Below are positions 27,603-35,151 of a stretch of DNA of 50,170 bases, in pieces (within the stretch, counting starts at the first letter, position 1; the number at the start of each line of letters is the position of its first letter). Origin of the DNA: a virus. Taxonomy: Duplodnaviria; Caudoviricetes. Under the pieces are notes generated by a model. The model made no database searches. It was not told the DNA's origin and saw only the letters and a list, made by a program, of their open reading frames with translations. The DNA is taken from positions 1 to 50,170 of IMG/VR virus record IMGVR_UViG_3300032280_000504; one strand, given 5' to 3'. A program made the translations under genes and the position numbers.

Positions 27603-27920
27603 TTAGTAGTTCTCGTTGACGTATTCCTGGATACATTCCTGCATATCAGGATGGTTTAAGATTTGTTTACGGTGCAATTCAAAGACGTTTTGATTGTGGC
27701 CAAAGGTTTCCATGCAAAAGACTTCATCGATTGCGGCGGTATATTCGAGCTCCAAGTGATTAATAACCACTTCTTTCTCGATGCCCCCTGTGTCGCGCGT
27801 GTCGTGGATATCAACGATTGCGGAAACCAGAACGTTAACCTCGGCGTCCTCGATCTCAATGCCGTCGACGATCAAATTCATGCAAGTTGTGAAGTCAAAT
27901 CCGATGCGGCGAGTTTTCAT
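27603..27920 (-). CDS. Acidic hypothetical protein
   Basis: ATG at 27920 after GGAGG; first gene after leader copy 2. Confidence 0.65.
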   Translation of the reverse strand: MKTRRIGFDFTTCMNLIVDGIEIEDAEVNVLVSAIVDIHDTRDTGGIEKEVVINHLELEYTAAIDEVFCMETFGHNQNVFELHRKQILNHPDMQECIQEYVNENY

Positions 27921-27943
27921 GGGGACCTCCCCTGAGATGGACC

Positions 27944-28003
27944 TGGGAACCAACTCCCTGCCACCTTATGAAATGCTTATCGGTTTTTTTTCCTTTTTTC
28001 TGA
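27944..28003 (-). promoter_or_regulatory. sigma28-like promoter plus conserved leader, copy 2
   Basis: TCAG-N15-ACCGATAA; 37/40 identity to copy 1. Confidence 0.65.
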
Positions 28004-28095
28004 GCAATTCAATATAAAACAATATATTCAATTACTTGCATATCCATTTAAACGGCTATACTGTAAGGCTCTGATTTTATTGACGTCTAAAACGC

Positions 28096-28122
28096 TAATG
28101 ATTTTCGCTGGTATGCCGATAC
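28096..28122 (+). promoter_or_regulatory. sigma28-like promoter of RHH paralogue 3
   Basis: TAAT-N15-GCCGATAC. Confidence 0.7.
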
Positions 28123-28146
28123 GATAAGAAAGAAAGAGGGGCGGAG

Positions 28147-28404
28147 ATGGCGAGGAAAAAAATAATTATAAACGGCGAGCACGCCGCTGAAAAAATCGAT
28201 GTTTCATTGACGCCAAGTTTGATTAGGTTTCTTGACGCCATCGCTTTGATCCACAACACATCGCGAACTGATATAGCGCGAAATCTGATGGTTGATTTTA
28301 TCGATGAATACCGCAAGCAACACGGCACACATGCGATTATCAAACAAATCGAGTCAGAAGTTTCAGACAAACAAATTAAAAAACTCGCCCAAAAAAGCGA
28401 GTGA
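28147..28404 (+). CDS. RHH-like regulator, paralogue 3
   Basis: MARKKIIINGEH...KIDVSLTPSLIRFLDAIALIHNTSRTDIARNLM. Confidence 0.7.
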   Translation: MARKKIIINGEHAAEKIDVSLTPSLIRFLDAIALIHNTSRTDIARNLMVDFIDEYRKQHGTHAIIKQIESEVSDKQIKKLAQKSE

Positions 28405-28459
28405 TCAAGTAACGAAATAACTTATTTTTGTTACCTGTGAATGAGATTGCACCCCCACC

Positions 28460-28971
28460 CTAAAAAATTAGATCTATAGATGGCACCCGAATAAGGGGAA
28501 GAAGGGTCCCTGGATTGACTTCCATTTGCCATCGCGGAGCGTGGCTCTAAATGTATTTTTCTTTCTCAGGCATTTTGCATTTCTGAAATTAAAAGAGACA
28601 CCAAGGAGCGTGGGCTGGCTTTGACAGGCCACTAGGCCTATCCGGCTATGAGGATGCCTCACCGGCGAGGTGATTCTTCTAAGACATGGATGGTTGTTTT
28701 GTCTGCTTAATTGCGAAGAAAGAGATAGCTTTTTAGGTCTTTTGAAAAAGACACACCTATTCATTGCCGACAAGCAACCGGATGCTCAATCAATCCAAGC
28801 TCATTCGGAGCCGCGCCCTGCGACGGCAATGCAAAATTCTGAATCAATCACCTGCGGTGGGCTCATCAACTCGCCGTTGGGGCCCACTCATTGCCGTGGA
28901 GGCTAGGGTCTTTACTCGCTTCGCCTCGCCAGACCCCCTACGTGTTTTCTAATCTTAATCTTTAAATGCGA
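28460..28971 (-). ncRNA. Candidate ~500-nt structured non-coding RNA
   Basis: GC-rich island with no convincing ORF, many nested inverted repeats and an upstream sigma70 promoter. Strand is inferred from the promoter. Confidence 0.55.
28469..28508. repeat. Dispersed repeat element, copy A
   Basis: 37/40 identical to 29922-29961. Confidence 0.9.
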
Positions 28972-28977
28972 ATTCCA

Positions 28978-29007
28978 ATTTTACAAATTACCCTGATTTT
29001 TCGTCAA
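28978..29007 (-). promoter_or_regulatory. sigma70-type promoter
   Basis: TTGACG-N18-TAAAAT with an A-rich upstream sequence. Confidence 0.65.
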
Positions 29008-29160
29008 GGGAAATTTTTTTTCATTTGAAACTGTAAAAACAGCGGTGAAATGATTTTTATTGATTGATTCAATGTCACAAAAACTTACCATTTTTTGTTT
29101 TGTTTACGGCAAGAAGAACAGTTTTATATTTTTTTCATTTGTTTAATGGACAAAATTTTT

Positions 29161-29733
29161 TTACTGCTTAACGCCGTAGGTAGCTGTATTGATCGATGTA
29201 GGCCTTTTTTCTGGGGTGGTGCCATCACCAGTGGCTAAATCTCCTGAAAACAATTTTCCACCATCCAGCTTAAATATCCAGTAACTCTTGGTACCGTTTG
29301 CGTCCTCTTTATCACCACTGGATGCGGACATCCCGGCTATGTCTTTTTTTGTGTTCAAAGCCCAATCGGAATAGCCAAATTCTTTTTTAGAGTTTGCATC
29401 ATCCAAAACTGATTGATCTTTTATTTCAAGTGTCGACGACGTCTGCGTGTAATCAATTTTATAGGTGTTTGCTAGGTTTGATAATTGATCGCCTATCGTA
29501 AAAGTATATTTACTCTCCCAAACCATTGATAAATCCACGCATTTACTGTCTTTGTAAGTCGACATAGTCCAAGTCAACTCATTGCCAGAAAAAGCTCTGA
29601 TCACCTTTGTTTCTGTTATACATTCAGAAATATAGGTCCCGGTCAAATCAACCAAGCTTCCTCCATGACTTCCATCGCTTGATCCGCAAGATGTCATCAA
29701 CAAACTAAATAAAAGAGCTGCTTCTAGTTTCAT
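29161..29733 (-). CDS. Lipoprotein moron (beta-rich)
   Basis: Lipobox LLMTS-C; AT-rich gene with AT-rich flanks. Confidence 0.8.
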   Translation of the reverse strand: MKLEAALLFSLLMTSCGSSDGSHGGSLVDLTGTYISECITETKVIRAFSGNELTWTMSTYKDSKCVDLSMVWESKYTFTIGDQLSNLANTYKIDYTQTSSTLEIKDQSVLDDANSKKEFGYSDWALNTKKDIAGMSASSGDKEDANGTKSYWIFKLDGGKLFSGDLATGDGTTPEKRPTSINTATYGVKQ

Positions 29734-29864
29734 GTTTTGACCTTTCCTTGTTTATGAAGACAAAGTCGGACATGGTTAAAACTCATTTAAACTATTTTAT
29801 AAACCTCTATATTTACTGGCAAATTTAGGGCTGAATAATTAAAGTCATTTTTAAACCATATTTT

Positions 29865-29971
29865 CATATGTAAAGGTGGCACTCCCGGAAGGGCTAGAAG
29901 GATCGCCGTCCACTTGAAAACTAGATCTATAGATGGCACCCCGATAAGGGGCAGAAGGGTCGCCGTCCACT
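29865..29971. repeat. Tandem copies C and B of the ~50-nt element (period 57)
   Basis: 29865-29914 and 29922-29971 align without gaps, sharing tggcac...aagg...agaagg.tcgccgtccact. Confidence 0.85.
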
Positions 29972-29984
29972 GGCGTCAGCCCGT

Positions 29985-30155
29985 CTAGTCGCACTCGCAG
30001 TCGTCTTCAATTTCTGCGCGCATCCGTTCAAGGCGGTCTGCGAGGTCTTGCATGATGTGCGAGATCCCCTCTACTTCATGCGGCTCGAGCCCTTCGGTGC
30101 TTGATCTCAAAAGCTTGGCTAAGCAGTTTGCGATCTTTACTACGTCATCAGTCAT
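29985..30155 (-). CDS. Small helical protein, paralogue of 26046..26261
   Basis: GAGGTG RBS; similarity to 26046..26261 as aligned above. Confidence 0.7.
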   Translation of the reverse strand: MTDDVVKIANCLAKLLRSSTEGLEPHEVEGISHIMQDLADRLERMRAEIEDDCECD

Positions 30156-30397
30156 GGTCACCTCTTTCAATCATTTTATTGCAGCTTTGATACCAGCGCC
30201 ATAAAACCCTTGAGCCACGTGCCTTCTAAGCCTCTGATCAACCACTTGCGCTCTCTCTCATTCTCAAATCTGGTAATCCTGCACACTCGTTTCTCAAAAC
30301 AAAGACAACTTCTGAAATATAAAACCCGTCAATTTGAGCATAAAAACACCGGATTTCGTCGCTTAAAACGCTTTTAAACCGCTCAACGCATATTTAT

Positions 30398-30425
30398 TTA
30401 TCGGTCAATTTACGCAAATTTCTGA
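30398..30425 (-). promoter_or_regulatory. sigma28-like promoter (cassette 3, leftward)
   Basis: TCAG-N16-ACCGATAA. Confidence 0.5.
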
Positions 30426-30515
30426 ACGGTATTAAAAACCGTTTTCGTTTCGAAGGCTTACGATAACGAATTAACACCTATCCATAAGTGCTCGTAATCG
30501 TTACAAAATAATACT

Positions 30516-30542
30516 TTAAAGTTTGTGGAGAAAATCCGAATC
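30516..30542 (+). promoter_or_regulatory. sigma28-like promoter of RHH paralogue 4
   Basis: TAAAGTTT...TCCGAATC; spacing is one base shorter than consensus. Confidence 0.5.
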
Positions 30543-30566
30543 TGAGTTGTGGAGAGGGAGGTTTAT

Positions 30567-30812
30567 ATGGGAAGGAAAAAAATAACTGTCGCGGGCGAGC
30601 ACGCCACGCGGCGCGTTCACTTTGCGATTACTCCGCGCATGGAGCGCTTTCTCGATGCCATCGCACTGATAAATCAATGCGACCGCACCGAAATTATTCG
30701 CGATCTCCTCGCTGACTTTATCAACCAGTACCGCGAGCGCCACGCCGACAATCAAATCTTAAAAGAGATTGAAGACGAAACCGCCACCGGTGCCGTTGAT
30801 AAGAGTAAATAA
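30567..30812 (+). CDS. RHH-like regulator, paralogue 4
   Basis: MGRKKITVAGEH..RRVHFAITPRMERFLDAIALINQCDRTEIIRDLL; GGAGG RBS. Confidence 0.72.
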   Translation: MGRKKITVAGEHATRRVHFAITPRMERFLDAIALINQCDRTEIIRDLLADFINQYRERHADNQILKEIEDETATGAVDKSK

Positions 30813-31047
30813 AAATACTTTTTGATACTTTAGGTCAAAATAATAATCCTAAATAAATTCGCAACTTACCAGCGATCATTGAACACCTCCGATATTTCCG
30901 TCTCATCGGACAGCTCGATTTAAAACTGATCTTGTTTGATTCTCGCCTTTTTTTTCCGCCATTTAGACGCCTCAATTTATCGGTGGCATCGCTAGGAAGT
31001 TGTCTTTGCTATCTGTGAAAATCTCTTGAACTAACAGGAGGTTTTCC

Positions 31048-31854
31048 ATGAAACAGTTACTTGCAGCTCTAGCATTTTTGTCCGCCACAGCTCACGCACA
31101 ACCAAAGCCAGACATCATCGACACAGTCGACGGTCCAAAGTCCACGGGCTACCATGGCCTTGCGCCGTCAGGATCAACGCCAGACTTGCCGTACGAAAAC
31201 ATCATCGTGAACGCGGCAACCTTGCCCGAAGCATTTGATTGGCGCGAAGAAGGTATCGACCTTCCTTTTGTGAAAGATCAAGGAGCCTGCGGGTCCTGCT
31301 GGGCGTTTGCCATCACAGGCGCACTCGAGTCTGCCGAAGCACTTTTCGGAGAAGACGAAGGCCTAAATCTTTCGGAGCAGCACATGGTGTCTTGCGACGA
31401 TCAAAGCTACGGCTGCAACGGAGGCTACATGACCAGCGCAGATTTTGTCGTCCGGAGTGGCCTTACCGATGAGGCATCGTTTCCGTATAAAGCAAAAGAT
31501 ATTCGCTGCAAGACAAATATTAATATCAAAGCAAAAGCCGCAAGCTATAACCTTTTGGGCAGTCGCAACAAGAAACCCACGACGGACGAAATAAAAGCCG
31601 CTCTTGTCGAGCATGGCCCTTTGTTTGTCACTGTCATGGCCGGAGGCTCGGGATGGAACGGCGCCGGTGATTCTGTGACGAGCTGCCGCAAGCGTGGATC
31701 AACGAACCACATGGTGCAGATCGTTGGCTACACGAAAACCCAGTGGATCATGAAAAATAGCTGGGGTCCAAAATGGGGCAAAGACGGCCATGCTTTTGTA
31801 GGTTTTGGCTGTGATCTGATCGGCCAGGAAGCTGGTTTTGTTTCGGTTAAGTAA
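31048..31854 (+). CDS. Secreted papain-family (C1A) cysteine protease
   Basis: Signal peptide (AHA-Q), LPEAFDWR, QGACGSCWAF (catalytic Cys), NHMVQIVGY (His) and KNSWG (Asn). Confidence 0.95.
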   Translation: MKQLLAALAFLSATAHAQPKPDIIDTVDGPKSTGYHGLAPSGSTPDLPYENIIVNAATLPEAFDWREEGIDLPFVKDQGACGSCWAFAITGALESAEALFGEDEGLNLSEQHMVSCDDQSYGCNGGYMTSADFVVRSGLTDEASFPYKAKDIRCKTNINIKAKAASYNLLGSRNKKPTTDEIKAALVEHGPLFVTVMAGGSGWNGAGDSVTSCRKRGSTNHMVQIVGYTKTQWIMKNSWGPKWGKDGHAFVGFGCDLIGQEAGFVSVK

Positions 31855-31862
31855 AAAAAGCA

Positions 31863-31888
31863 AAGCCCCTTGGAAGATCAGGGGGCTT
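31863..31888. terminator. Terminator-like hairpin after the protease gene
   Basis: aagcccct...gggggctt stem; U-tract on the minus strand. Confidence 0.6.
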
Positions 31889-32022
31889 CAGCAAAAAATT
31901 TAACCCTTTCGGAAGTGTTTTTATAGTCTCAGCGTGTGGCCTCTCATTCAAGAGAAATTGATGTATGGCACAATCACCCTAATAAATAGCGTTTAAATGA
32001 ACACAGATGAGGGGGTGCATCT

Positions 32023-32244
32023 ATGCCAGTTTGGATTCCATTGCTAATTCAGCTTTTGCCGTTTTTTGACAACGTCGTTAAATTGATCATCACGGCCTTA
32101 CGAAAAAAGCCAACCGAGCGCAGGGAACGACTAGCGCAACGACTTGAGAATGTCATCTTGAGGCATAAGATTGATCGTAACGAAGAGACTCTTGAAAAAG
32201 ACTTGAAGGAAATTCAGGTAGAAATTCAAAAAGACGATTGCTAG
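32023..32244 (+). CDS. Small membrane-anchored protein
   Basis: Hydrophobic N-terminus and charged coiled-coil tail; GAGGGG RBS. Confidence 0.55.
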   Translation: MPVWIPLLIQLLPFFDNVVKLIITALRKKPTERRERLAQRLENVILRHKIDRNEETLEKDLKEIQVEIQKDDC

Positions 32245-32281
32245 ACTTTAAAAAGTCTCCATTCGGTACGAAAGCCTTCGG

Positions 32282-32923
32282 TTAACCCGGAGGTTTTTGT
32301 TTTATTTTATCGATAAAAACATTTCTAAGATCATTCATCGTCATGGAAATAACGCCGCCTGGGTCGTTTTTTCGGCCAAACGGCATGGCGCACTCATCGT
32401 GGCCACAGATATTTTTTGGATTGATACCCTGCTTAATAGTCCACCACAAAAACTCAGCCAGAGTCGTCTCTTGCTCCGCCGTTGCGATGTCCCAAAAATA
32501 CCAGCCATTGTCGAGGTTTCCCTTGCGCATGGCGACTTCAAATAATGGCACCCTGGTCCCAGCCCAAGAGCTATATTTCATCTCGGTTGGATGCTTGGTC
32601 ACCTCTCCCCACGAGGCCAAAGCAATCGCAATATGTCGACGATTGGGGCTCACCTTGTTCCAGGTTGCTTTCCCTGCGTGATTCACCTTGTGGCTAAAGT
32701 ACGTTGTCTGAATAAAAGAACCGTCACGGTCAATGATCGCATGATAACCGACGCCGTCATCTTTTAAATGCTTCAAAGCGCTTTCAACGTTTCGAGACGC
32801 AAGGTCGTGAATCGTAATGCCGACGGGTGGCCCGTCCATCAAGCCAGCCGATAAAGACACCGGCTCGATGATCTTGACGACGCCAGGATACACGTTTGGA
32901 AATGTGGCCTGATCGTCTGCCAT
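32282..32923 (-). CDS. Endolysin, N-acetylmuramoyl-L-alanine amidase (Amidase_2)
   Basis: ITIHD, GYHAIIDRDG, NHAG, CGHDE and RKNDPG motifs. Confidence 0.9.
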   Translation of the reverse strand: MADDQATFPNVYPGVVKIIEPVSLSAGLMDGPPVGITIHDLASRNVESALKHLKDDGVGYHAIIDRDGSFIQTTYFSHKVNHAGKATWNKVSPNRRHIAIALASWGEVTKHPTEMKYSSWAGTRVPLFEVAMRKGNLDNGWYFWDIATAEQETTLAEFLWWTIKQGINPKNICGHDECAMPFGRKNDPGGVISMTMNDLRNVFIDKIKQKPPG

Positions 32924-32926
32924 GGC

Positions 32927-33277
32927 CTATTTTTTGGCAACCCAGGCTTGAAATATCATCGACACAAGATCAAGTCCCTTTTCCAGGACCACCGATAAGG
33001 CGGCAGGGATCTCTGCTCCTAGGCAGGCCTTACCAAGAGCGTTTAAAGCCGTAATCAAGCGCTTTAAGACAACCTTGATCTCATCACCGTCGAGGTCTTT
33101 GACTTCGTCTACGATTTGATTTGCGCCGTCTAAAGCTTTATTTAAAGCAGGGATGACGTCAGCAAATTTCGGAACATCAAACCAACCGATGGAACCGTCG
33201 GCCCGCGCCGCTACGATGTCGGCTGCTAAGACTTCGACTAGATCCACCACGTCTAAAATGTTTTGAACGCCTGCCAT
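32927..33277 (-). CDS. Lysis-associated hypothetical protein (holin-like position)
   Basis: Amphipathic 116-aa protein immediately upstream of the endolysin; AGGAGG RBS. Confidence 0.55.
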   Translation of the reverse strand: MAGVQNILDVVDLVEVLAADIVAARADGSIGWFDVPKFADVIPALNKALDGANQIVDEVKDLDGDEIKVVLKRLITALNALGKACLGAEIPAALSVVLEKGLDLVSMIFQAWVAKK

Positions 33278-33289
33278 GTCTATGCCCTC

Positions 33290-33467
33290 CTTGGCTCAAT
33301 GGACTTTCAGCCAACGTCATGTCGGCCTTAGAACCGTGATGGCGGGGACGAGCAGCATTTGCTTTGAGCAACAGTTTGCGGACTGCGCTCGGTCCCCTTT
33401 CGATCCCATCATGAGATCAACGCAACTAGAAAGCCGCGCTATATCGGAACATCATGTTCCTCGCTAA
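33290..33467 (-). promoter_or_regulatory. sigma28-like promoter and structured 5' leader of the lysis genes
   Basis: TTAG-N15-TCCGATAT at 33441-33467, followed by several hairpins including ggggaccgagc/gctcgtcccc. Confidence 0.45.
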
Positions 33468-33567
33468 CTATTGTCTAACGGCAAGCATCTAATTTAAAAG
33501 AAAGTCCACACCCGTATTTTTTTAGACGGGCCAAGGCATCCACAGCTTTTTCACAAGCTCAAGATGA

Positions 33568-33801
33568 TTAGTGTTTTTTTTCAATACTTCTCAGGCGGTT
33601 TTCGTGATCACTTAAGGCCGTTTTCGTCAGGCCCATGTCGTTAGCAATCAATTCAAGGCGAGCATTGAGCTTGATGACGCTTTGGGTCATTTGCTCCATG
33701 TTTTCAGACAGTTTGCCAAGGTGAGATGACACCGTGCCGGCAATGCCAAGCAATAACGCAACTAAAAGTTTTTCGGCAATATTATCCGTGTTTAGCTTCA
33801 T
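33568..33801 (-). CDS. Putative holin-like membrane protein
   Basis: One transmembrane segment, coiled coil and HENRLRSIE ending, typical of small lysis-cassette proteins. Confidence 0.6.
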   Translation of the reverse strand: MKLNTDNIAEKLLVALLLGIAGTVSSHLGKLSENMEQMTQSVIKLNARLELIANDMGLTKTALSDHENRLRSIEKKH

Positions 33802-33875
33802 GATGCCCCCCCCTTCTTTTTGTCCATTTCATTGCTATTCTAGGGGGTATTTTAGGGTCATTTTGGCCGGGATTG

Positions 33876-34259
33876 TTAGTCTTGCCACGACTCTCCAACC
33901 CTTGTCCCGCAAGCGATAGACAGCTCAATTTCGGTGACAAGTTTTGGCCTTGATGGGAACGTTGCCCTGCCTAGCTCCGCCCCTTTAAAACAAGCCCCGC
34001 GCATCGTTGCATAGTCGAGGTCAGCGCAAAAAAGATCGGCTTCCGTAAAATCGACATGAGTGAGGTCTGAGTCGTAAAAAGAGCAAAATCTAAGAACCGC
34101 TTGGCTGAGGTTACAGCCTGTAAGGTCCATCTGACTTAAATTTGCATCGGTGAAATCACATGTCGAAAGATCTGCCATTGTCAGAGATGCGCCGCGCAGG
34201 TCGCAACGCTTTAGGTCACGGGCCACGCGCAGGAGTTTTTTTGCCTCATCAGACGTCAT
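33876..34259 (-). CDS. Pentapeptide-repeat protein
   Basis: Tandem (A/C)(D/N)(L/F)xx repeats: CDLRG ASLTM ADLST CDFTD ANLSQ... Confidence 0.9.
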   Translation of the reverse strand: MTSDEAKKLLRVARDLKRCDLRGASLTMADLSTCDFTDANLSQMDLTGCNLSQAVLRFCSFYDSDLTHVDFTEADLFCADLDYATMRGACFKGAELGRATFPSRPKLVTEIELSIACGTRVGESWQD

Positions 34260-35141
34260 CTAAAGTCTCTCGTCTAGTTGACCAGCCACCCAGGCCGCGA
34301 TTAAATAATCCACGCCGTCATGTATTTTATCTGAGTCGCATGGCAGCCAATCATATCCTGGATCGCGTTGCCACAGATACTCTTCGCAGCGGTCTTTAGA
34401 TGTCGGCAGCCTGTCATTTGGAAAAAGGGTTTCATCAAGCAAAATGGCAATCGTTTCAGATTGATCACCGTCGTCTCCAAACTTGTGGTAGATGGCCTGC
34501 ATGAGAGCGTTCTTTGGATTTTCTTCTCTGTAGCGGCGTATCTGTTCATATTGTAAGGAGTCGATCGTCCCGTTGACCATCCATTTGTTTATCAAATAAA
34601 TAGCGTCCAAGTGTTTTTCAAACCCTGCTTTTTGAATATCTTTACTCAGTGATTCCGTACGCCAGACGCCAAGCATCTGCTCGATTAAAAAAATGACGCT
34701 AGGCGTCAAAAATGTTCGGCTTAAATATCCACGCCCCATCACCCAGCCGTTCTTCTGGCCGTAGTCGTAGATCTCTTGAATGTTTTGCTGATCTTTTGAC
34801 GCGTAGAGATATGGCAGCAGCATGATAAACATGTCTTTGCTGATGTCAGACTTTGAAGCTCCGGTGTCGTAGCAGGTTTTGCTGGGGTTTCTGTACCATC
34901 TTCCAGGCTCGCCCTCAGCCTGTAAAATGTCTGCTTCACCAGAGCCACCTGCTAATTTTGCTAAGGCTGTAAATCCGAGGCTGTCACAACCGCCTTGATG
35001 CGCCCAGCCTGCGTGCAATCTTTTGTAAAGCTCGGCCTTCTCGACCACCGAAGAGTTGATCTGCTTCGGTTTTTTAGGCTCATGTTTTTGACACGACAAA
35101 GCCAGCAAGCAAAAGGCTAAACTGGCTAGGCATGGCTTCAT
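34260..35141 (-). CDS. Lipoprotein of unknown function
   Basis: Lipobox LALS-C; 293 aa, largely helical; directly follows the tail fibre gene. Confidence 0.75.
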   Translation of the reverse strand: MKPCLASLAFCLLALSCQKHEPKKPKQINSSVVEKAELYKRLHAGWAHQGGCDSLGFTALAKLAGGSGEADILQAEGEPGRWYRNPSKTCYDTGASKSDISKDMFIMLLPYLYASKDQQNIQEIYDYGQKNGWVMGRGYLSRTFLTPSVIFLIEQMLGVWRTESLSKDIQKAGFEKHLDAIYLINKWMVNGTIDSLQYEQIRRYREENPKNALMQAIYHKFGDDGDQSETIAILLDETLFPNDRLPTSKDRCEEYLWQRDPGYDWLPCDSDKIHDGVDYLIAAWVAGQLDERL

Positions 35142-35151
35142 GATTAACCTC

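Noticed and set aside
27016-27636. 206-aa minus-strand ORF, plus 28095..28370 and 30516..30755
   Set aside because: Antisense shadows of the RHH paralogues, which have an RBS, promoters and mutual homology.
28490-28905. CsrB/RsmZ-like GGA sponge on the plus strand
   Set aside because: The number of GGA motifs is about what chance predicts, and they are not consistently in hairpin loops.
28474-28952. ORFs 28474..28773 (-), 28670..28906 (+) and 28764..28952 (+) as real genes
   Set aside because: No clear RBS, atypical composition and mutual overlap; the region is better explained by RNA structure, though coding is not formally excluded.
29865-29971. Mini CRISPR array
   Set aside because: The 50-nt units are separated by only 7 nt, there are no spacer-length unique segments and no cas genes.
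29922-29985. HDV-like/theta or hammerhead ribozyme in the repeat element
   Set aside because: I could not build the P1-P2-P3-P4 nested pseudoknot with a proper L3/J4-2, or find a CUGAUGA...GAAA core, by eye.
30178-30350. Possible degraded ORF (VFLCSN*RVLYFRSCLC...) suggesting stop-codon recoding
   Set aside because: A single in-frame TGA in a weak ORF; TGA, TAG and TAA all terminate well-supported genes elsewhere, so there is no evidence of an alternative genetic code.
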